A DNA stretch of 64,000 nt, taken from the NCBI GenBank assembly GCA_002420425.1, contig DIIC01000009.1, positions 21,599 to 85,598 on the forward strand. The letters are read 5' to 3'. The stretch is from Proteobacteria bacterium UBA5680. GTDB taxonomy: Bacteria; Pseudomonadota; Gammaproteobacteria; Arenicellales; UBA5680. The notes beneath the pieces are model-generated. The model was not told the origin of the DNA. It saw nothing but the letters and a program-made list of their open reading frames with translations, and did not search any database. This document shows, piece after piece, positions 1 through 8,382 of this stretch. Position numbers and translations under genes: made by a program. Position 1 is the first letter of the stretch. Each line of letters opens with the position of its first letter.

Positions 1-2
1 AT

Positions 3-530
3 AAAATCAGCTCTTGTGGGGCCCTTTTAACGGAATATTCGTTAGGCATACCTCCACGAAGAGAGCATTTTCCTGCACGCAATAGGTTAATCAGCGGTCT
101 TGCCCTCGGTGTTGTTGTGGTAGAAGCGGCATCAAGAAGCGGGTCGTTAATTACCGCGAGATTGGGTGGAGAGCAGGGGCGTGAGGTTTTTGCAGTTCCT
201 GGACCAATACGCTCTCCTCTGTCGGCAGGGTGTCATCAGCTCATCAAGCAAGGTGCTAAATTGGTTGAAGGGATTGAGGATATCGTTGACGAACTGCCAA
301 GGTTCAAAACGCCACCTGCCAGTAGAGACCCTATTCAAGAACAAGAGCCTGGTTCAGTTGTAGCTGATGAAGTGCTGGTCGGGTCAATAGATTTCACACC
401 TACCCCACTCGAGGTTATTGTTGATCGAAGTGGATTGACGGATCAACAGCTTTCCTCCATTCTCCTTGGTATGGAGTTGCGGGGGCTCATCGCTGCCACA
501 ACCGGAGGTGGTTATCAGAGAATTAAGTAG
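3..530 (+). CDS. dprA: DNA-processing protein DprA (5'-partial at window edge)
   Basis: Frame is open from base 3: ...EHFPARNRLISGLALGVVVVEAASRSGSLITA...GREVFAVPG (DprA signature), with a C-terminal winged helix; lies upstream of smg-topA. Confidence 0.95.
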   Translation, partial: KISSCGALLTEYSLGIPPRREHFPARNRLISGLALGVVVVEAASRSGSLITARLGGEQGREVFAVPGPIRSPLSAGCHQLIKQGAKLVEGIEDIVDELPRFKTPPASRDPIQEQEPGSVVADEVLVGSIDFTPTPLEVIVDRSGLTDQQLSSILLGMELRGLIAATTGGGYQRIK

Positions 531-853
531 AGACAGATGAGGGCTGACTACCTCCCTCGCGGTTAATGGATATAAAGGGATGATGTAATCTTCTCCTATC
601 GTCCGCATCGGTGGGGTGGTTGATTGACGATCTGGGGGAGGGCTTCAGTTTTTGCAAGAATAGAGTTTATTGTGGCATGACAGGGCAGTAATGCTATTAA
701 AAACAACGAGATAGATCTGCCGGCCTGGGGGGGAATCATGGTTAGAGGCCAAAGGGGCTGTAAACCGTTTGAAAAGCGGATGCACGTTGGTTACAGCCCT
801 TGGCTGAGATCCGGATCGCTTTATTTGTATTTTTTTGATAGGTTCGCAGAATT

Positions 854-1339
854 ATGAAAGAGAATATGCTTGATGTGCTGATCTACCTCTTCGAGAACTA
901 TATGTTCGAGGAGCAGGTGATTCAGCCTGATCAAGAAGCGATTGTTGCTGAACTCTCCCAGGCAGGGTTTGAAACCGGTGAGATTGATAAGGCGATAGAC
1001 TGGCTTGCAGAACTATCAGAGATGCGGGAGCAACTGACAGACGATCGCTTTGCCGGTGGGCGCTCAGATTCAGTTAGACACTATTCCCCTCTCGAACAGG
1101 CTCGGATCGGCGGTACTATTCAGCGATTACTTCTCTCTTTGGAACAATCAGGGGTGATTGATCCTGAAGCAAGAGAGATGGTAATCGATCGAATTATGGC
1201 TTTAGAAGAGGTGGATCTTGATCTCGACCATGTTAAATGGATCGTGATGCTTGTCCTCTCCAGTAGAGCTGATCAGGGAGAAGATACATTGTTGGTTGAG
1301 GAGCTTACCGTCGACTATCTTCCCGGATCACTGCATTAA
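854..1339 (+). CDS. smg: Smg / DUF494 family protein
   Basis: MKENMLDVLIYLFENY N-terminus, AGF..EI.KA..WL motif; canonical dprA-smg-topA order. Confidence 0.9.
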   Translation: MKENMLDVLIYLFENYMFEEQVIQPDQEAIVAELSQAGFETGEIDKAIDWLAELSEMREQLTDDRFAGGRSDSVRHYSPLEQARIGGTIQRLLLSLEQSGVIDPEAREMVIDRIMALEEVDLDLDHVKWIVMLVLSSRADQGEDTLLVEELTVDYLPGSLH

Positions 1340-1417
1340 TCACGCAATCCGGCCGGTCAAAAAACACACATACACTTGCTTCACGATGTGATGTCGACTA
1401 ACGTCTGCGCCCCATGG

Positions 1418-1520
1418 AAGGGAATTACCCCAGATTTTAAGTACAGTATCATCTATTAAATTGTTGGGCCGACAACTCGCTTTAAGGGAATTACCCCAGA
1501 TTTTAAGTACAGTATCATCT
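1418..1520. repeat. Perfect 37-bp direct repeat x2 (AAGGGAATTACCCCAGATTTTAAGTACAGTATCATCT) separated by a 29-bp spacer
   Basis: Copies at 1418-1454 and 1484-1520 read directly from the sequence; spacer 1455-1483. Confidence 0.95.
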
Positions 1521-1553
1521 CATACTAGAGAATTGCTTACACATTATTGAGTT

Positions 1554-3983
1554 ATGCCTAACAATCTAATCGTTGTCGAATCCCCAGCAAAAGCCCGCAC
1601 AATAACGCGTTATCTGGGTAAGCGCTTTGAGGCTCTTGCCACCTATGGTCATGTTCGTGATCTCCTGCCCAAAAGTGGTGCTGTTGTGCCTGATGAGGGT
1701 TTCAGGATGAACTATGAAGTGATTGATCGAAATCGCAAACACGTTGATGCAATCGCAAAAAAACTTAAACAGTGTGATGCACTCTATCTTGCCACTGACC
1801 CTGATCGAGAGGGTGAAGCGATTTCATGGCATCTACTTGAATTACTCAATCAAAGAGGGGTGCTTGGGGAAAAACAGGTTTTCAGAGTGGCTTTTTATGA
1901 GATCACAAAAAAGGCCATCCAGGAGGCAGTTGAAAACCCAAGTACACTGTCGACAAACCTGATCAATGCTCAACAGGCCCGTCGGGCACTCGATTATCTG
2001 GTCGGTTTTAACCTCTCCCCGCTGCTGTGGAAGAAGGTGCACCCTGGATTGTCGGCAGGCCGGGTACAGAGCCCGGCACTGAGGTTGATCTGTGAGCGTG
2101 AACATGAGATCGAAAAGTTTGAGCCTCGTGAATACTGGACCATTGAATCTGACCTTGAGGAAAAAGGAGATGCCTTTGAGGCGAAATTAACCCACTTTGA
2201 AGGCAACAAACTGAGTCAGTTTGATATTGGCAATGAAGAGTATGCAACCAGAGTGAGGGAAGCGATTGAAGAAGCGTCGGGCAGTAATCTTACGGTTTCC
2301 ACTATCGAACGAAAAAAACGTCGCCGCCATCCGGCACCTCCCTTTACCACTTCCACCCTCCAGCAGGAGGCGTCACGAAAGCTTGGGTTTGGCGCCAGTC
2401 GGACAATGAGAGTGGCCCAGCAACTCTATGAAGGCATCAATGTTAATGGAGAACAGACAGGGCTTATCAGCTATATGCGGACGGATTCGGTTAACCTGGC
2501 CAATGACGCCATTGAACAGATTCGGGCCTTTATCCAGGTTCAATATGGTGCTGAGAATGTGCCAGAAAAAATTCAGCGATATAAAAATCGCTCGAAGAAT
2601 GCCCAGGAAGCCCATGAGGCCATCCGCCCAACACGGGTTGACCAAACGCCTGCTTCCTTGGAGGGGTTGCTCGATAGTGATCAATATCGACTCTATGATT
2701 TGATTTGGAAACGCACCATGGCCTCTCAGATGGTTCATGCTGTTTTTGACCAGGTTGCTGTCCAGTTTGCAGCAGGAAGCCAGAATGATCTCTTTCGGGC
2801 GACAGGATCAACCCTGGTAGTGCCTGGATTTATCGCTGTCTATCAAGAGGGCAGAGATGACGCATCAAAGCCTGAGAAGGAGGGTAGCGCTCTTCCAGCC
2901 CTTGAAGAGGGACAGAAGGTCTCCCTGCTCGCAGTAAGGGCAGAACAGCATTTTACTGAACCTCCCCCCCGTTATTCCGAAGCCAGCCTAGTTAAAACCC
3001 TTGAGAGCTATGGAATTGGTCGACCATCCACCTATGCAAACATTATTCGAACACTTGTTGACCGTGATTATGTTGAACTTGAAAGTCGACGATTTACCCC
3101 AACGGACATCGGAAGGGTTGTCAATCACTTCCTGACCAAGCATTTTTCCCAGTACGTTGATTATGATTTTACCGCCAAGCTTGAAGATGAGCTTGATGCG
3201 GTCTCTCGGGGTGAAAAAGAGTGGACTCCGGTCATGGAGACATTCTGGGGGCCCTTTGATCAACTGCTGCGTGAGAAAGAGAGCTCAGTAACTCGGGAGG
3301 AGGCGGTACAGGCGCGTGAATTGGGGACAGATCCAAAGAGTGGAAAACCCGTCAGTGTGAGGATGGGACGATATGGCCCTTTTGTACAGATCGGTACTCG
3401 CGAGGATGAGGAGAAGCCGAAGTTTGCCGGACTCAGGCCTGGTCAAAAAATGAGCCAGATCGATTTTGATCAGGCGATGGAGCTATTTAAATTACCGCGC
3501 GAACTCGGCGCTGGAGATGACGGCTATCAGTTGCGGGCTAATATTGGACGTTTCGGCCCCTATATTCAATATGGGGCAAAAAAATACGTTTCTCTTAAAG
3601 AGGAAGATCCTTACACCGTCAGCTTGGAGAGCGCACTCCAAATCGTAAGAGCAAAAATTGAAGAAGACCGTAACCGGGTGATACACCATTTTGAACAAGA
3701 GGGGATTCAAGTGCTGAATGGACGTTATGGACCCTATATTACGGATGGGTCCAAGAATGCCAGGATACCAAAAGATATAAATCCTGCAGGGCTTTCTCTG
3801 GAAGAGTGCCTGGAACTTTTGGCAAAAGCACCAGAACGGAAGCGACGCGGTAAAAAAGCCTCAAAGAAAAAAATGGCAACAAAAAAGAAAACAGCCAAGA
3901 AAAAAACAACCAAAAAGAAGACGGCCAGAAAAAAAACAACAAAGAGAAAGACCAAGAAAAAAGTGACCGAAAAAAGCCAGTAG
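1554..3983 (+). CDS. topA: DNA topoisomerase I with C-terminal repeats and Lys-rich tail
   Basis: VVESPAKA Toprim start, ATDPDREGE, SAGRVQS, catalytic SYMRTDS, three GR(Y/F)GP(F/Y) C-terminal repeats. Confidence 0.97.
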   Translation: MPNNLIVVESPAKARTITRYLGKRFEALATYGHVRDLLPKSGAVVPDEGFRMNYEVIDRNRKHVDAIAKKLKQCDALYLATDPDREGEAISWHLLELLNQRGVLGEKQVFRVAFYEITKKAIQEAVENPSTLSTNLINAQQARRALDYLVGFNLSPLLWKKVHPGLSAGRVQSPALRLICEREHEIEKFEPREYWTIESDLEEKGDAFEAKLTHFEGNKLSQFDIGNEEYATRVREAIEEASGSNLTVSTIERKKRRRHPAPPFTTSTLQQEASRKLGFGASRTMRVAQQLYEGINVNGEQTGLISYMRTDSVNLANDAIEQIRAFIQVQYGAENVPEKIQRYKNRSKNAQEAHEAIRPTRVDQTPASLEGLLDSDQYRLYDLIWKRTMASQMVHAVFDQVAVQFAAGSQNDLFRATGSTLVVPGFIAVYQEGRDDASKPEKEGSALPALEEGQKVSLLAVRAEQHFTEPPPRYSEASLVKTLESYGIGRPSTYANIIRTLVDRDYVELESRRFTPTDIGRVVNHFLTKHFSQYVDYDFTAKLEDELDAVSRGEKEWTPVMETFWGPFDQLLREKESSVTREEAVQARELGTDPKSGKPVSVRMGRYGPFVQIGTREDEEKPKFAGLRPGQKMSQIDFDQAMELFKLPRELGAGDDGYQLRANIGRFGPYIQYGAKKYVSLKEEDPYTVSLESALQIVRAKIEEDRNRVIHHFEQEGIQVLNGRYGPYITDGSKNARIPKDINPAGLSLEECLELLAKAPERKRRGKKASKKKMATKKKTAKKKTTKKKTARKKTTKRKTKKKVTEKSQ

Positions 3984-4517
3984 CAGGGCCTTGTTTTTTT
4001 CCTCGAACGCTTCGCCGAGATACACAGGCCCCAGTGAAAATACCAGCAAGCCGCCAGTGCGGGTGACGCGCACGAGTTCATCGAAACCCGAAAGCGGCGC
4101 ATGGCCCTGGGTAAAGACACCCGCAGCGGTGACCGCAGCGAAATGGTTGTCAGGATAGTTCAACGGCTGACCAAGGAACATCTGTTCCAGAGCTGCATAG
4201 ACGTTCTTGGCTCGGGCTGCGGCCAACATATTGCTGGAGGCATCGAATCCGGTAATCTCGTTATAGCCCATAGCGGTCAGCAACTCACCCATGATACCGG
4301 TACCGGCGCCAGCATCAAGGATCGGCTGAGTGCCCGCAGGGATGTGGCGCGTCAACATCGAGGTCACCATCGCCGGATGGGAATAACCGACGTTTTTCAT
4401 ATGGGTTTCGTATTCTTCGGCCCAGTGGTCGTAGCTCTGGGAAAGCTCCTCGACAGTTCTGGCCTGATACGCTTGGTGCAGTTGACTGACATTTCTATCA
4501 TTTTCAGATTTAGTCAT
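3861..4517 (-). pseudogene. Class I SAM-dependent methyltransferase, probably C-terminally truncated (reads into the topA antisense strand)
   Basis: YDHWAEEYE, ILDAGAGTG motif I, GFDAS..ML, GVFTQGH; after EEKNKAL the frame runs about 41 codons antisense to the topA Lys tail and gives a Phe-rich nonsense peptide. Confidence 0.65.
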
Positions 4518-4557
4518 GTTTCATACCCGCTTGCGCAACTGGCACCGACCTTTGACT

Positions 4558-6030
4558 TCAGGTCAGTCTGGCGGTAATGCACTTGACACGATAATAACTG
4601 GCCAGCGCCGTCAGCCCCTTCTCGCGTCCGAACCCGCTTTGTTTGGTGCCGCCGAACGGTGTTGCGATGCCACCGGCAAAATACTGATTGATGTAAACCT
4701 GGCCACTGTCTACATCGCGGGCAAATTCCAGCGCTCGATTAATGTTCCTAGTATAGATACCGGCGACCAGTCCGAAGTTGGTGCCATTGGCGACGGCAAT
4801 GGCCTGCTCTGGCGAATCCACGACCTGGACACAGAGCACCGGCCCGAAGATTTCTTCCTGAACCACTTTCTCTTTAGCGGAAACTTCATCAAGGATGGTC
4901 GGCGTATAGAAAAAACCGTTTTCCATACCGGCCACTTCAGCGATGCTGCCGCCGGTGGCCACCGATACCGACCGCTCTCTTGCGCCATTGACATAATCCG
5001 CCACTTTTTTTAACTGCTCTGCCGAAATGAGCGGACCCAATTGCGCGTCATCCAGGCCATGCCCTAATGTCAGCGCCTCGGAAGCTGCCGTCAGACGTTC
5101 CATCATGGCATCGTGCACCGCGCGTTCCACTACCAACCGGGAACCGGCCGAGCAGACCTGACCGGCGTTGAGGTAGATGGCTTTCAGCGTTCCCTCGACG
5201 GCCGCCTCAAGATCGGCATCCGCCAGCACTACCAGCGGTGATTTGCCACCGAGCTCCAGAGTCACCGATGCGACGTGATCGGCAGCTGTTTTCATGACCG
5301 TTTTGCCGGTGGGCACAGAGCCGGTGAAGGTGACGTGCGATACATCCGGGTGCGCTGTCAATGCCGCCCCTGCATCTGCCCCGTAACCTGTGATTACATT
5401 ACACACACCAGCTGGTAATCCTGCCTGGTGAAGAATATCCGCCAATATCAATGATGTCAGCGAAGTCTGTTCCGCGGGGTTTATGACAGCGGTGCAACCC
5501 GCTGCCAGGGCGGGTGCTGCGCCACGTGCAGTGGTAACCAGGGGAAAGTTCCAGGGGATGATGTGAGCGGTAACACCAACCGGTTCGTGAAGGGTAAAGG
5601 AGATGAAATCCGGTCCCAGCGGGATACTGTCTCCCTGCAGTTTGTCTGCTATCCCGGCGTAATACTCGAAGTATCCCGCTGCCGTCTCGATGTCTCCGCG
5701 TGCCTCCCGTATCGGTTTGCCGCTCTCCAATGTCTCGATACGCGCCAGGCGCTCGGCATCCTGACGTATCAACGACCCAGTTCGCGCCAGTATGCGGCCA
5801 CGCATGGTCGGGGTTGTGGTACGCCACTCCCCGCTTAAAGCTTCTTTGGCACTGGCCACAGCGCGATCAACATCATCGTTGTTGGCGTTGGGGAAGTGGC
5901 CGATGATCGTTCCGGTCGCTGGATCGATGGTATCTATCATGTGGTCACTTGTTGAGGCCATCCATTGACCATCGATAAACATTTTCTGTGGCAGATTATC
6001 GGGAACTGCCCATCGCGTTGAATTTGACAT
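4558..6030 (-). CDS. Aldehyde dehydrogenase family protein
   Basis: IIPWNFP, FTGS, LELGGKSP, catalytic GQVCSAG, EEIFGP, PFGG.K.SG.GRE; start placed at ATG 6030, adjacent to the upstream stop. Confidence 0.9.
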   Translation of the reverse strand: MSNSTRWAVPDNLPQKMFIDGQWMASTSDHMIDTIDPATGTIIGHFPNANNDDVDRAVASAKEALSGEWRTTTPTMRGRILARTGSLIRQDAERLARIETLESGKPIREARGDIETAAGYFEYYAGIADKLQGDSIPLGPDFISFTLHEPVGVTAHIIPWNFPLVTTARGAAPALAAGCTAVINPAEQTSLTSLILADILHQAGLPAGVCNVITGYGADAGAALTAHPDVSHVTFTGSVPTGKTVMKTAADHVASVTLELGGKSPLVVLADADLEAAVEGTLKAIYLNAGQVCSAGSRLVVERAVHDAMMERLTAASEALTLGHGLDDAQLGPLISAEQLKKVADYVNGARERSVSVATGGSIAEVAGMENGFFYTPTILDEVSAKEKVVQEEIFGPVLCVQVVDSPEQAIAVANGTNFGLVAGIYTRNINRALEFARDVDSGQVYINQYFAGGIATPFGGTKQSGFGREKGLTALASYYRVKCITARLT

Positions 6031-6031
6031 C

Positions 6032-7408
6032 TTAATCACCGTTTCCAGCGAAGTGATGCATCGCATCATCCAGGGCTTTTGCAAAACAATCGAACATTTC
6101 GTTGATCTGTTGCTCATCGATGATCAGGGGAGGGCAAAATGCCAGCGTATCGTTGATCAGTGCACGGATGATCAAACCGTGTTCCTGCGCCCGGTTCATC
6201 ACCCAGGGACCCACTTTCCGGGCGGGGTCAAAATTAGTCCGGGTTGCTTTATCCTCGACCAGCTCTACCGCGCCGATGAGCCCCAGTCCGCGGGTTTCGC
6301 CCACCAGCGGATGGTCGGCGAATGCGTGCAAGCGGTGCTGGAAACACGACATCACGGATTTCACATGCTCGCCGATGCGACGCTCTTGATAAATTTTCTG
6401 GGCTTCAAGGGCCACGGCACAGGGAACCGGATGACCCGAGTAGGTGAAACCGGTTCCAAAAATACCAAACTTACGGCTACCTTCGATCAACACCTGATGA
6501 ATTTTTTCGTTGATCATCACCGCGCCGAGAGGCTGATAAGCAGCCGACAATGCTTTAGCCATGGTGATGAGATCGGGTTTTAAGCCGTATATCTCGGTAG
6601 CAAACATATTACCTGTGCGGTAAAAGCCGCTGATGACTTCATCCACAATAAGAAGAATATCGTAGCGTTCCAGAAGCGGCTGGATTTTCTCGTAATAACC
6701 CGTTGGCGGCGGGATAACGCCACCCGCGCCCAGGAACGGTTCAACAATGAATGCGGCGATGGTATCAGGTCCTTCCTCGAGAATAAGGTTTTCCAGGTTT
6801 GTAGCCAGGCGGGAGGAATATTCCTCTTCGTTTTCGCCAGCTTCACCGTAGTGATAGTAATGGGGGCAATCGGTATGGATGATATTCTTGATCGGCACAT
6901 CGAAAGCATTATGCGCATACTGCATTCCGGTCAGGCTGGCCGCCGCCAGCGTGATTCCGTGGTAGGCGCCGTGGCGTGCGATAATTTTCTTTTTCTGTGG
7001 ACGACCGAGAATATTATTGTAATACCAGACTAGTTTGACCTGGGTATCATTGGCCTCGGAACCCGAGTTGGTAAAAAACACCTTCGACATCGGGGTTGGC
7101 GCCTGTTCGACGAGGAATTCGGCAAGATTGATCGCTGGCTCGACCGCTTTGTGCGCAAAGTTGTGATAAACCGGCAGCAATTCCAATTGCCGCGTGGCCG
7201 CATCAACCAGACGCTGTTCGCTGAAACCCAGGGAAGCACACCAAAGTCCGGCCAAACCCTCGATATAGCGCTTACCGTCGTCATCGAAGACATATATCCC
7301 CTCTCCCCGTCGAAAAATGTCCGGACCAGATTCCTGATGCTGGGCCAGATTGGTGAATGGATGGAGGTGATACATCACATCCCGTGCATGAGGTGAGTTG
7401 ACTTTCAT
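6032..7408 (-). CDS. Class III PLP omega-aminotransferase (polyamine/omega-amino acid:pyruvate type)
   Basis: LHPFT, GLWC..LG, FTNSGSEAND, AYHG, DEVISGF.RTG, PDLITMAKAL, GFTYSGHP. Confidence 0.9.
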   Translation of the reverse strand: MKVNSPHARDVMYHLHPFTNLAQHQESGPDIFRRGEGIYVFDDDGKRYIEGLAGLWCASLGFSEQRLVDAATRQLELLPVYHNFAHKAVEPAINLAEFLVEQAPTPMSKVFFTNSGSEANDTQVKLVWYYNNILGRPQKKKIIARHGAYHGITLAAASLTGMQYAHNAFDVPIKNIIHTDCPHYYHYGEAGENEEEYSSRLATNLENLILEEGPDTIAAFIVEPFLGAGGVIPPPTGYYEKIQPLLERYDILLIVDEVISGFYRTGNMFATEIYGLKPDLITMAKALSAAYQPLGAVMINEKIHQVLIEGSRKFGIFGTGFTYSGHPVPCAVALEAQKIYQERRIGEHVKSVMSCFQHRLHAFADHPLVGETRGLGLIGAVELVEDKATRTNFDPARKVGPWVMNRAQEHGLIIRALINDTLAFCPPLIIDEQQINEMFDCFAKALDDAMHHFAGNGD

Positions 7409-7596
7409 TTATATAGACCTCTCTGATTGACCTGTTGAGACACAAGGTATGGTTCGGCGGTTATTAACGAAACCAACTTTCCAGGTGCTTTCAATAATTG
7501 TCATTGATGATATTCAGCCCAGAAACCCGGTGTAATTTTATCGTGAGCTGAAATTTATCGATGAGTGTCAGTATCTGGCATTTTATATCCCAAATG

Positions 7597-7621
7597 TTGA
7601 TAAACTAAATTTCAATTTATC
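7597..7621. promoter_or_regulatory. Candidate operator (GATAAA-N11-TTTATC) in the AT-rich region upstream of the aminotransferase operon
   Basis: Inverted repeat 7599-7604 / 7616-7621. Confidence 0.3.
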
Positions 7622-7728
7622 TGTTTAGGGGTTAGTTTTTATCTATACAGAAAAGAACTTTTAGCTACCACCCTGTATTGAAGAGAGCCTCTTTGACAAC
7701 AGGCTAAGCAATTGAATTTATTGGTTCG

Positions 7729-8382
7729 CTATGCAGGGATTGAATCAGCGACGATTTCATTTATTCTCTTTTCCACTTTCCTGACTCCGAGTCGCTCCAT
7801 AGGATTTCCATCTACAGGGCTAAGGGGAGGTTCACTTTTTGCCTCGCTGGAAAAGATCAGGAGTTCAACCGCTACCTCATCTGCCATAAAGCAGATCAGA
7901 GGGATTTGTTTGTAGCTGTTTTTCCCAAACCGTAATCTGCGCTCAGAAACCTCATGCGGAATAGTGTCTTCAATAAAAAAGAAGAGAACCCGCTCAATAC
8001 TCTCAGAAAACAGATGGAGTTCAATAGGTGTCGACACTAATGCAGGTCGGCGCACAAGAGATCCGGCAAGACGGGGTGAGAACAACTCAAGCCAGGCCAT
8101 CATCTCAAGGGCAATCTGCAGCCACTCCATGGTGAGAGCACTGTTTCCATTCTCACCAAACAGGGCGACATGTTCGATTAATGCGGCCTCAATCTCCTGG
8201 TTGCTTGGCATGGCAACCCCGGTAGAGAGATTGAGACGTTTCAGGGCTTTATTTTTTGCCGACTGGAAATCATTTAACCCCTCTTCATAAATGATGCGCG
8301 CAGACTCTTTGGAGATCAGCGAGCGCACTTGTGGAGAGGTTTTGTGATATCCCCTGTAGGGATGGTTCTGTCGTTCTGTCAA
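7729..8382 (-). CDS. Conserved hypothetical protein, nucleotidyltransferase-like, coupled to mrcA
   Basis: AR.I.EEG..DF..AK.KA and P.N.EIE.AL N-terminus, PRL.GS, IELHLF; start overlaps the mrcA stop. Confidence 0.75.
   Translation of the reverse strand: MTERQNHPYRGYHKTSPQVRSLISKESARIIYEEGLNDFQSAKNKALKRLNLSTGVAMPSNQEIEAALIEHVALFGENGNSALTMEWLQIALEMMAWLELFSPRLAGSLVRRPALVSTPIELHLFSESIERVLFFFIEDTIPHEVSERRLRFGKNSYKQIPLICFMADEVAVELLIFSSEAKSEPPLSPVDGNPMERLGVRKVEKRINEIVADSIPA

Noticed and set aside
1418-1520. Calling the 37-bp repeat pair a CRISPR array
   Set aside because: Only two repeats, no cas genes in the window and no typical GTT/AAAC termini; kept as a repeat
3734-4120. Hydrophobic Phe-rich minus-strand ORFs as membrane proteins
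   Set aside because: They are antisense shadows of the AAA-rich topA tail
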